Of a stretch of DNA of 64,000 nt, positions 34,674 to 43,479 are shown piece after piece; position 1 is the stretch's first letter, and every line of letters begins with the position of its first letter. The stretch comes from Flavobacteriales bacterium (lineage in GTDB: Bacteria > Bacteroidota > Bacteroidia > NS11-12g > UBA9320). A program made the position numbers and the translations under genes. Location: positions 266,143-330,142 of the forward strand of contig JACJZT010000003.1 in the NCBI GenBank assembly GCA_020635455.1. The letters run 5' to 3'. The notes under the pieces were generated by a model. It was not told the origin of the DNA and did no database searches. It was given only the letters and a program-made list of their open reading frames with translations.

Positions 34674-35397
34674 TAAACCTTGTACTATTTGTAATTTCTT
34701 TAAATAGATCGTTGTACTTTACAAACTCTTCTCCTTTACCTCCTGCTATGCACGTAATTATGTAACAATTATGTCCGTTAAGTATGTAAGTAGTAATAAC
34801 GCCTAATTTTTTACCATCAGTTTTTACGTGATAAAATATCTCGTAAGCTTTATTTCCTGCGATTTTATATTCTCTTTCTCTTCTAAATTTTATTTCCTCA
34901 TAAGCACTTGCTAAATCCTCTTTATTAGCCATAATAAATCGGGGAAAATCAATACCCGAAGGCATTTCCTCTCGCAAAATATTAATAGTCGGAGCGAAAA
35001 TAGTATCACTTGACATAGGTTTAACGGCTAAGATAAGAGCTTGTTTATACTTTTTTTTAACTATCCATTTTGAAGGCAAATTAATGCTTACCTCATCGGA
35101 TAAAACTTCTAAAAAAATAAAATCTTCTTTATCAATATCGGTAATTTTTTCATTTCTATAAAAATAGACGACTGATACAAGATCTCCATTTTCGTGATAT
35201 TTTTTCCATATTCCATTTTTTCTTCCCCCAATAAGCATTCCCGTTTCTTTTATCTCACCTGAAGGGTACTTAGCACTATATAACCCACTTAATGTGTCTT
35301 TCATTGTTTCAACCTGTTGTGACTGATTGGTTTTATCTTTTTTATTATTACATGCTAAAAGAAAAGTGCAAGAAATTATAAAAATTGTCCTTCTCAT
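34654..35397 (-). CDS. Candidate lipoprotein immunity protein with MORN-like repeats (YwqK-type)
   Basis: Signal and lipobox MRRTIFIISCTFLLACN. Repeat YPSGEIKETGMLIGGRKNGIWKKYHENGDL. Its start overlaps the stop of the upstream toxin cassette (ATGA). Confidence 0.5.
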   Translation of the reverse strand: MRRTIFIISCTFLLACNNKKDKTNQSQQVETMKDTLSGLYSAKYPSGEIKETGMLIGGRKNGIWKKYHENGDLVSVVYFYRNEKITDIDKEDFIFLEVLSDEVSINLPSKWIVKKKYKQALILAVKPMSSDTIFAPTINILREEMPSGIDFPRFIMANKEDLASAYEEIKFRREREYKIAGNKAYEIFYHVKTDGKKLGVITTYILNGHNCYIITCIAGGKGEEFVKYNDLFKEITNSTRFINSQAN

Positions 35398-36320
35398 TTT
35401 TTACGTTTCTTAGGTTTATCGCGAACACCAAATGAAATTTCTCCTTCTATTCCGAGAATGAGGGCTAAACGTCCTTTAATTGAAAATCCTAAATCATGCT
35501 TCATTGCAACTAATTGCTGTTTTTTGACTTGGTATTTGACAATAACAGCATTAACAGTTAAAGAATGATTTTCATTTTTGTATCCCCCTCCCGTAACCGA
35601 ACCATCAAAACTATGTTCATACTCAGCACCACCATAATAACTTGCACCAGCATATTGGCTTATATGTGCATAACCATCTTCCCCAACATAATCAAAATCA
35701 AATGTTTTTGGTCCATAATCACTTTCTATTTGTTCATAATTCGCACTAGCTAAATCAATTGTCATCAAGCTACCTTCTAACCTTACCGCTAACCCTCCCG
35801 CTTCGAAATCAAAGCCAGCTTGAGCCCCAACATCCACTTTTCCATTGAAATTTGCATAGAGTTCTGTTTTGTCCCACCAATTGCGAAAAGAAGTTATGCC
35901 TTTAGAAAGACCATTTCCAATGTCTTCAAAAAAACCAGCAATCCTATTCCCTATATTATTTTTAAAAACCTTGGAACCGACTTCTAAATCTGCAATTGAG
36001 CCATCAGTATTTTTTCTTAAAGTATTTTTATCAACTGAATAATGTTTTCTCCCATTTTTATTTATCCATTCTTTAAGAATTCCGCCATTTGCTTTCTGGT
36101 ATGCTTCCGCTTTTCTTTTACTCCTTTCTTCCCCATTTAAACCCGAAGGATCTGCGAAAAAAATCGGATTCCCATGAAAGGTTGTATAGGGGCTTTCACA
36201 AGATTTAATTATCGGGTCAACATTCCATCTCCTTCCTAGCCTAGAATCATACTCCCAGAATTGAGCGGTTGTCGTATTTCCTTCACCATAAATTTCATCA
36301 TCCTTCTCCTGAGTGTTGAA

Positions 36321-37579
36321 CCATAAGTGTTCGAAACCTTGAACAACGGGTTGTTAATAGTTAGTAATATTGGTTTTCAGAAGTTTAAGGTTGGTTATTA
36401 GTTTGATATGTGAATGCGGACCAATTGCTAAAATTAATTCCTGAGGATGAATTAGAGTTCTTGAGTGTAACTACCGATGTAAATTATCAAACCAAAAAGC
36501 TCTATGGTTCTGTAATTTTCAAGTTGCTTTTATTTTCTATGCTCAACAGTTCCAAGGTTAGCTATCGTGTAATGGAAAAGATAGTGTTATCCTCCAGTTT
36601 TATAGCTTTTCTTGGGTTCAAAATCGAAACAAAATTTAATTCTATACGGGATAGAATATGCTGTATAAATGCTTCTTATTTTGAACAACTTTTCAATAAA
36701 ATATTTACCATTTATAATCAACAGCTCAAGGAAGAAAAAGCCTTGATAAAGGTTGACAGCACATATGTAGGAATTGCCTCCAAACTGGTAAAATGGGATA
36801 TGCATAATGGCAGGAAGAATACATCTAAAAAGCAAATTAAATATTCGGTAAGTGTTAAAGGCAGCCTTCCATGTGGCTTCAAAATTTTCACTGATAAAAA
36901 ATATATCAGCGAAGATTTGGCATTATCGGAAACCATTACTGAAAATATCCATATAGATGAATCTCTTGTCGTATTTGACCGTGGACTTAAATCCAGAAAA
37001 AAATTCGATGAATTAACCAATCAAAGCATACATTTTATAACAAGAATTGCGCCTAACACCTTTTTAAAAATAATTGAAAACAATAGACTATACCGGCCAA
37101 TTGAAACTCAAACATTAATTATAAATGAAGATTTAAAAGTAAAATTAAGAAATAGGAGTTCGAAAATTTCAGATAACAACTATAGGGTAATTAAGGCTAA
37201 AATGAAATCTTCTAATGAACCACTTATCTTTTTGACCAATGACTTTGATCTAAGTGCCGATGAAGTTACTACCTTATATAAACAAAGATGGGAAATAGAA
37301 TTATTTTTTAAATTTTTAAAGCAACACCTAAATCTCTCACATCTTGTATCTCGGAATGAAAATGCAATTAAAGTAATTCTTTATATGACCATGATATTGG
37401 CAATTTTAATTCTATCTTATAGAAAAATAAACAATATCAAAGGGTATAAAATGGCAAAACTGCAATTTGAAATTGAGTTGGACAATTCAATGATTAAAGA
37501 AATTGTGATCCTCTCTGGCGGAAACCCTGATAAAGTCTCATATCTTTGGAACACCTCCTAAGGTTTCGAACACTTATGG
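36321..37579 (+). mobile_element. IS4-family insertion sequence (1259 bp) with 19-bp terminal inverted repeats and a 7-bp target-site duplication
   Basis: Left inverted repeat CCATAAGTGTTCGAAACCT (36321-36339), right inverted repeat AGGTTTCGAACACTTATGG (37561-37579). Direct repeat TGTTGAA at 36314-36320 and 37580-37586. Confidence 0.8.
36410..37561 (+). CDS. DDE transposase, IS4 family
   Basis: 383 aa. The YREK signature YKQRWEIELFFKFLK matches the Y-(2)-R-(3)-E-(6)-K spacing. Confidence 0.8.
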   Translation: MNADQLLKLIPEDELEFLSVTTDVNYQTKKLYGSVIFKLLLFSMLNSSKVSYRVMEKIVLSSSFIAFLGFKIETKFNSIRDRICCINASYFEQLFNKIFTIYNQQLKEEKALIKVDSTYVGIASKLVKWDMHNGRKNTSKKQIKYSVSVKGSLPCGFKIFTDKKYISEDLALSETITENIHIDESLVVFDRGLKSRKKFDELTNQSIHFITRIAPNTFLKIIENNRLYRPIETQTLIINEDLKVKLRNRSSKISDNNYRVIKAKMKSSNEPLIFLTNDFDLSADEVTTLYKQRWEIELFFKFLKQHLNLSHLVSRNENAIKVILYMTMILAILILSYRKINNIKGYKMAKLQFEIELDNSMIKEIVILSGGNPDKVSYLWNTS

Positions 37580-37778
37580 TGTTGAACCCAAACCTATATC
37601 CACCAGCTCCTTCAGCTTTCCAACTTCTTCCTTCCATTACACTTCCATAGGAAGAGTAATGGAACAGAAGATATTTATATTTATTTTGAGTCAATATTTT
37701 GTTTTTGAACCTTTCTAAAAAGTAAGAAAATTAGAGCATAAAAATTTTGAGACTTTTATTAAAATAATACTTTGGTTA

Positions 37779-38156
37779 TTAATCTAAAATACGTCTCAAT
37801 CCTTTATAGAAATATCCTTGCTCAACAATTTCTTTGCCATTATAGCGGACATAGTAACCTGTCAGTCTCCCTTTATATACAAAGGATTTTCTTATTACTT
37901 TTTTTTTATTAATTTCAATATAAAACCCGAATACCTTTTTATTGAATTTCGGAATTTCATGACCCTCTACTAGACGAGCACTAAAAAGAGTATCTCCATT
38001 GGAAATAATCATAGAATATGGACGATTAAAAAAAGATGAATCTAATTCAGAAGACTTATAGACCTTTGCTGTTTGGGAATAAACCTTACCGTGATAAACT
38101 ATTAAAACTACCAGGAAGCAGAATTTACTTATTAGTTTTTTCAGATTTGTATACAT
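37779..38156 (-). CDS. Candidate secreted immunity protein for the upstream toxin cassette
   Basis: Internal start MYTNLKKLISKFCFLVVLIVYHGKVYSQ gives a signal peptide. The ORF-track start at 38222 would overlap the toxin gene more extensively. Confidence 0.4.
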   Translation of the reverse strand: MYTNLKKLISKFCFLVVLIVYHGKVYSQTAKVYKSSELDSSFFNRPYSMIISNGDTLFSARLVEGHEIPKFNKKVFGFYIEINKKKVIRKSFVYKGRLTGYYVRYNGKEIVEQGYFYKGLRRILD

Positions 38157-39189
38157 CTTTACTTGATTTGTCTTTTTGAAGGTCTTGTTCACTTCCTGTA
38201 TTATACTGTTTCTCATAGTCAAGCATTAACTTAATTTTTTCATTCGTTGCACCATGCCCTTTCGCATAGTCAATAAAATAATCCACAAAATCATTATAAC
38301 TCTCATTCAAACCAAGGTTGGCAGCCGCATGTTGATTATCGTTCACAGTTGGTTTTTGAATTTCTTGATGTTGTTTTATTAGTTCATCACCTTTTATACC
38401 TTTATTGATAGCTTTGAAAAATTGTAAATGCATCTTTACGTGCAATGTTGCTTCATGCCCAGCCGTAAATAAAATATTCAAATGATCTCCCTCAACAGTA
38501 CTTTCGGCTGTTGGATCTGTTGATGATTCATTTGTATTGACTGGTTGAACAGAACTAACCTTAACAACAACCTTTCCTTTAGTATTTCCGTGAATTCTTT
38601 TAATGAATTTACCATCGCCTATTAAATAATCTTCCGAAAGTCCCCAATCAGCGTTAACCCACTTAAGACCAATACGTACATAACCATTAGTTTCTCCACC
38701 TGCCTTTTTTTGGTATTTGAATAAAATATCATTGTTACCTGAAAGTGATCCAGCATTGTGCTCTCCCCAGAATTTTTTTGCTTGACGCTTGGTTGCAAAA
38801 TCTCCATAGATTTCCTTACCCGATTCCGATTTTAAGTATGTCAATTGAGCCTTATAAACATCTCTGTGGAATATTCTTAAAGCTAGCGAAAATTTAATTT
38901 TACTACCTTCATAATCTTCAAACATTATAGGATTATCAAGAGCAAAAGTATAAGGGCTGTTGGAAGGATATGACCTAAATTCCGGATCTACAGCTAACCA
39001 TTTTCCTAATCTCGAATCATAAATCCTAACCCCGAAATCATAACTACCTCCATCTACATTAATTTCATCATCCTTTTCCTTCCCATTAAATCCGTATCGA
39101 TAGGTCCCACCTGACCACGAGCGACCAACCATTACACTTCCATAGGGAGGGTAATAATATGAGATATATTGACTAAACCGAAGATGCAT
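38125..39189 (-). CDS. Orphan Rhs C-terminal toxin cassette with an unassigned toxin domain
   Basis: MHLRFSQYISYYYPPYGSVMVGRSWSGGTYRYGFNGKEKDDE...YDFGVRIYDSRLGKWLAVDP, followed by a roughly 250-aa unique region. It is preceded by copy 2 of the leader element. Confidence 0.7.
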   Translation of the reverse strand: MHLRFSQYISYYYPPYGSVMVGRSWSGGTYRYGFNGKEKDDEINVDGGSYDFGVRIYDSRLGKWLAVDPEFRSYPSNSPYTFALDNPIMFEDYEGSKIKFSLALRIFHRDVYKAQLTYLKSESGKEIYGDFATKRQAKKFWGEHNAGSLSGNNDILFKYQKKAGGETNGYVRIGLKWVNADWGLSEDYLIGDGKFIKRIHGNTKGKVVVKVSSVQPVNTNESSTDPTAESTVEGDHLNILFTAGHEATLHVKMHLQFFKAINKGIKGDELIKQHQEIQKPTVNDNQHAAANLGLNESYNDFVDYFIDYAKGHGATNEKIKLMLDYEKQYNTGSEQDLQKDKSSKDVYKSEKTNK

Positions 39190-39344
39190 TTTGGGCTATT
39201 TAAGAAGCAATACTCAAATTTAGTAAATTGGATTGAAAAAGACTGCTAATATATTCCAAAATGAGTGGCTAGCCTTATTTCGGAATGAGTGGCTCAGTAT
39301 GGCCGGAATATTCGTCTTTCTGCCATCGCAAAAAGTTGGGTTGA
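39127..39344 (-). repeat. Conserved orphan-cassette leader element, copy 2 (inverted relative to 30104-30329)
   Basis: The reverse complement aligns to copy 1 along its whole length. It includes both half-sites, the -7 box (plus-strand CAAATTTA at 39215-39222) and the first codons of the cassette. Confidence 0.7.
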
Positions 39345-39392
39345 CATTTGGGCTGAATTCTCACTTCCTTCGTCAAAAAAGAGGTCTATGGT

Positions 39393-39887
39393 TCAATAAG
39401 AACTCAAAGTATCAATTTCAATTTCTTCATTAAAATTTACACCGAAATAAACTATGTCTTTTGAATAAATTTTCAAGAATTTGCTTGATAAAATCCGGTA
39501 GTATAAGCAGAATTTTTCATGCTTTTTTAGATACTCTAACCCAAATACATTGATCAAATCATCAATTGATAAGTTAATTTTTTGTGTTTCATTCCTTTTA
39601 AGTGCAATAGAATCATATAACAATTGATAATTCATCTTATAAGACTCTAAATTTCTTATATCATATAAAATTCTATGGTCGGCACTATCATTCTTGCCAT
39701 CCAAAAGTATGATGTAATGAAGGATACTATCCGAGACGTTAGTAATTTTTAGTTTTATGGTATCTTTCTTTAATTCATATGAAATATCTAAATATTTTTT
39801 TTCAATAGTTTTGGCAGAATTCAAGTTTTTACTAGAGTAATTACAACAAAGTAAAAGAAGACCGAAAACACAGATATTCACTTTCAT
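39393..39887 (-). CDS. Candidate periplasmic lipoprotein immunity protein for the Tlde1-like toxin
   Basis: Signal and lipobox MKVNICVFGLLLLCCNYSS. It starts 3 nt downstream of the toxin stop. Confidence 0.5.
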   Translation of the reverse strand: MKVNICVFGLLLLCCNYSSKNLNSAKTIEKKYLDISYELKKDTIKLKITNVSDSILHYIILLDGKNDSADHRILYDIRNLESYKMNYQLLYDSIALKRNETQKINLSIDDLINVFGLEYLKKHEKFCLYYRILSSKFLKIYSKDIVYFGVNFNEEIEIDTLSSY

Positions 39888-39889
39888 TG

Positions 39890-40960
39890 TTACCGTTGTT
39901 TTGTAAGATGATTGAATGTCGATGCATTTGGATTTGAGTATTTTACGATTACAAATATTCTTCCTTCATATGTGCTATTACGATATCTCCATAAATAGTA
40001 ATAAATGTCGTTAGAATTTGTTGTTTCAACGCAGCCATGTGTTTCTCCTTTACCAGAGTCATGGATGTAATGATTGTCTCTATTATATGAATTACCTGAA
40101 ATCCTATCTAATCTTGCTCTCCATACGCCCCATCCTGCATAATAATTTCCATGATCTGTATATTCAAGTCCACCTCCGGTACTAGGTACCAGATTGCCAG
40201 CTAGATCTTTTCCTGCAGACCTGCCATTCGGATCAGGTTTTAGGTTTATTGTATAGGTTCCTTCGGGTACTGGACCTCCGGGGTCATCATACCCATAACT
40301 TTTTTTACTTTGATCAGAAGCTTTTTGGTAATCAAATGAACCAGAGGTTGCAGGCCATGATTCAAGTATCAGATTATCCAAATTCAATCTATTTATATTT
40401 TGGCCATCATACATAAGATATTCTGGACTTTGATAATCTTTACCAGTTTTTGAATTCTTATATGCATTAAATGTACCATCTCCATTATAAAATGCCACAA
40501 ATCGATCTTGTCCTATATTAAACGAGCGCACAGATCCTTCAATTGTAGAAATTTTAACATTTGTGTTTAACGTGCTATTGGGTCCTCCAGTATTGTAATC
40601 GTTTATAATAGCATTTTTTGGAAGATATAAATTACCTCCCTCTCCTTTATGTTTGTTATAATTTTCTTCAGGCCCCCCTCCACCCAAATAATCAACTATG
40701 GCAATAGGAGAATTATTAAAATATGAGTAAGTGCTTTGCCAGGCATATTCACGTTCTCTAGGGTCTGTACTGAACCATCTACCTAACCTACTATCATAAA
40801 TTCTTAACTCATAGGCTACAAAATTACCTTCACCCTTAATTTCATCATCATTTTCCTTCCCATTAAATCCGAAACGGTATGCACCATCTGACCAACAACG
40901 TCCTTCCATTACACTTCCATAGGAATGGTAATCAAAATGAGTTCTATCTACGACGGTCAT
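39890..40960 (-). CDS. Orphan Rhs C-terminal toxin cassette with Tlde1/DUF2778-like (L,D-transpeptidase fold) toxin domain
   Basis: MTVVDRTHFDYHSYGSVMEGRCW...YRFGFNGKENDDE...RIYDSRLGRWFSTDP. The toxin region has WPATSG...GGPVPEGTYTI and HYIHDSGKGETHGCVE, which resemble the GPIPxGxY and H...HGC motifs of YkuD/Tlde1 domains. Confidence 0.6.
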   Translation of the reverse strand: MTVVDRTHFDYHSYGSVMEGRCWSDGAYRFGFNGKENDDEIKGEGNFVAYELRIYDSRLGRWFSTDPREREYAWQSTYSYFNNSPIAIVDYLGGGGPEENYNKHKGEGGNLYLPKNAIINDYNTGGPNSTLNTNVKISTIEGSVRSFNIGQDRFVAFYNGDGTFNAYKNSKTGKDYQSPEYLMYDGQNINRLNLDNLILESWPATSGSFDYQKASDQSKKSYGYDDPGGPVPEGTYTINLKPDPNGRSAGKDLAGNLVPSTGGGLEYTDHGNYYAGWGVWRARLDRISGNSYNRDNHYIHDSGKGETHGCVETTNSNDIYYYLWRYRNSTYEGRIFVIVKYSNPNASTFNHLTKQR

Positions 40961-41035
40961 TGAGTTTGAGAAGTTAGCTAAATGTCAAAAAACAAGTGTT
41001 TTTTTGCATATTTACATCAAATTTAGGCCAATTTT

Positions 41036-41710
41036 ATGCAAAGAACAAACGACAAAATCCCAATCCTTATTTTGCTCGAAAAGTTTATTTACGATTCGGA
41101 GAAAGGAAAGAGGCTTCAAAAGAATGGAGCACTAATTTCAAGCTCAACCATTGATAATTACCATGCTTTGTTTTCAAATTTAAAAGGATTTTGCTCCAAG
41201 TCTCAAAATGAATGGTCCTTTAATGTAAAATACAGAGCTTCAAAAACCGGATTTAGTAAGGAAAAGAAGTATTACAAACGGTTCTATACACATTTCACCA
41301 ATTATTTGTACAGCAAAGGATGTACTGATAATTATGTTGGCATGCAAATAAAAATCCTACGTACTTTTTTTATTTACCAGATAACTACCCTAGGCTATGA
41401 AATGGGATTGTTTTACAGGGATTTTTACGTTAGAAGGGAAGAAATACCCATTATCGTACTTTCACAGGAGCAATTAAGGTTTCTGATAAGTAATGAAGAG
41501 TTCGAGAATTCTCTTTTAGCAAAAATGAAGATAATAAAGGACATCCTTGTGTTTGGATGTACCATCGGTTTAAGATTCTCAGATTTAATGTCATTAAAAG
41601 GTTCAAATCTCGTAGAACAAGATGGAGCAACTTATATTGTTAAAGTATCAAAAAAAACAAACAACGCTGTACTTAGTTTATCAATTAATTTATGTTTATT
41701 TTTTAAATAG
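41036..41710 (+). pseudogene. Truncated tyrosine recombinase/integrase: core-binding domain and first half of catalytic domain only
   Basis: 224 aa ending shortly after the catalytic-Arg region VFGCTIGLRFSDLMSLKGSNL. The HxxR and Tyr nucleophile regions are missing and the gene is followed by 378 bp of non-coding DNA. Confidence 0.55.
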
Positions 41711-42088
41711 GCATTGATGATTTTTCAATTGCAACTAAGTACTAACACTTTATGCTAAAGCATGCCTTTTTAATTATTTTTGAATAAAGCAACCATGCCT
41801 GATTGAGGATATAGATTAGGAAACAAAGAAGTTATTCTTAAATTTAGAAAGATAGATCCTGAGTTACAAACTCAGGATAGCATTACAAAATCAGGATAGC
41901 AAGGAAAAGGCAAAGTTTTATTAATGCCTAATAAATCGCTTTGAATGAGTAAAAGTATAATAATTTAAACTACCTTTGCCGAAACTTACACATTGTTTAC
42001 CAATCCTAAGTTCACCTTTATCTTTTAGCAACCGCTACTTCTAGTTAGAGATTTTACCACAGCGGTTTATTTAAAACCAAAAATTCAA

Positions 42089-43354
42089 ATGACATTTAAT
42101 CAATTAAACTTAATCGAGCCCGTATTACGAGCGCTCGAAACCGAAGGATATACAAATCCAACCCCCATTCAACAACAAGCCATACCTGAAATCTTAAAAG
42201 AACGGGATTTGCTGGGTTGTGCACAAACCGGCACCGGCAAAACAGCTGCTTTCGCCATTCCTATTTTGCAGCTCTTATTTCAAAAAGAAAAGAGCCGCGG
42301 ACCCAAAAAAATAAGATCTCTCATTTTAACGCCTACCAGAGAATTAGCCATACAAATTGACGAAAGCTTTAATGCCTATGGCCGCTATTGCGGAATAAAA
42401 AATCTGGTAATTTTTGGGGGCGTCTCTCAACAACCACAAACCAATGCTTTGCGACACGGCGTTGATATTTTGGTGGCTACTCCCGGCCGTTTGCTCGACT
42501 TAATGAATCAGGGATACCTTGATCTAAAAGACCTCGAAATATTGGTACTCGACGAAGCCGACCGAATGCTCGACATGGGTTTCATTCATGATGTTAAAAA
42601 AATCATTTCAAGGATTCCGGCAAAAAGACAAACCTTGTTTTTTTCGGCAACCATGCCCATGCAAATCCAAAAGTTGGCCGACAGTTTGCTAAACGATCCG
42701 GTAAGTGTTGAAGTTACGCCCGTTTCATCAACAGCCAATACGGTGGACCAGAGCGTTTATCTTGTTGAAAAATCCGACAAAAAAGCCTTGCTCCAACATT
42801 TATTGAACGATAAAAACATTCGCTCCGCACTGGTTTTTACCAGAACCAAACATGGTGCCGACAAGGTGGTTAAAGACCTCAGAAAATACGGCGTCCATGC
42901 AGAAGCCATCCATGGAAACAAGTCGCAAAATGCGCGACAAAAGGCCTTGACAAATTTTAAATCAGGAAACACAAGGGTTTTAGTGGCAACCGATATAGCC
43001 GCCCGAGGCATTGATGTTGAGGACTTGTCGCATGTGATCAACTTTGAATTGCCTAATATCCCTGAAACCTATGTACATCGAATTGGAAGAACAGGACGTG
43101 CCGGAGCCAGTGGAATTGCACTTTCTTTTTGCGATAGTGAAGAAAAAGAATATCTGAGGGACATCAATAAACTGATTGGTAAAAAAGTACCGATCGTTCA
43201 GCAACACCCTTATCAGATGAGAAATCTGTCTATTGAAAAAGTTGGTAAAAGTACAGATGAAACGGTACAAAAAAAGTCCACTCCCCGACCCTCCAGACAA
43301 AAAAGTGCAGGTTGGTGGAACCATTCAAAATCAAAGTCCATGAGTAATACTTAG
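42089..43354 (+). CDS. rhlE: DEAD-box ATP-dependent RNA helicase (RhlE-like)
   Basis: Q-motif, Walker A AQTGTGKT, and DEAD, SAT and HRIGRTGR motifs. Confidence 0.9.
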   Translation: MTFNQLNLIEPVLRALETEGYTNPTPIQQQAIPEILKERDLLGCAQTGTGKTAAFAIPILQLLFQKEKSRGPKKIRSLILTPTRELAIQIDESFNAYGRYCGIKNLVIFGGVSQQPQTNALRHGVDILVATPGRLLDLMNQGYLDLKDLEILVLDEADRMLDMGFIHDVKKIISRIPAKRQTLFFSATMPMQIQKLADSLLNDPVSVEVTPVSSTANTVDQSVYLVEKSDKKALLQHLLNDKNIRSALVFTRTKHGADKVVKDLRKYGVHAEAIHGNKSQNARQKALTNFKSGNTRVLVATDIAARGIDVEDLSHVINFELPNIPETYVHRIGRTGRAGASGIALSFCDSEEKEYLRDINKLIGKKVPIVQQHPYQMRNLSIEKVGKSTDETVQKKSTPRPSRQKSAGWWNHSKSKSMSNT

Positions 43355-43467
43355 GCTGAATTTGTATAAAAACACCTCGGCTTAAAAAACAAATTTACTC
43401 CTATTTTAGGGTTTTAATGGATGCAGAGATGCTTACCATATCCTTTTAATTGGCATGATCATTTGCT

Positions 43468-43475
43468 TATCTTTG
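43468..43475 (+). promoter_or_regulatory. -7 box TAtcTTTG positioned for a leaderless serS transcript
   Basis: TATCTTTG ends 4 nt before the ATG at 43480. Confidence 0.45.
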
Positions 43476-43479
43476 CAGT

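Larger units (their letters stand above)
35394..37694 (-). pseudogene. Orphan Rhs C-terminal toxin cassette split by an IS4-family insertion (5' part 37580-37694, 3' part 35394-36320)
   Basis: 5' fragment MTQNKYKYLLFHYSSYGSVMEGRSWKAEGAGGYRFGFNT runs directly into the IS right end. On the far side of the IS the reading frame resumes as FNTQEKDDEIYGEGNTTTAQFWEYDSRLGRRWNVDP...ADPSGL, then a Gly/aromatic-rich toxin domain. The duplicated FNT codons (TTCAACA) are the target-site duplication. Confidence 0.75.

Noticed and set aside
38300-38500. Zinc-metallopeptidase HExxH in the toxin domain of cassette 38125-39189 (AGHEATLHVKMH)
   Set aside because: The spacing is HExxxH, with one residue too many, and there is no downstream third ligand context. 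Not called a metallopeptidase.
41711-42088. Possible tRNA as integration target next to the truncated integrase
   Set aside because: No cloverleaf-compatible sequence or GTTCRANYC T-loop was found by eye. Only short direct repeats and hairpins are present.
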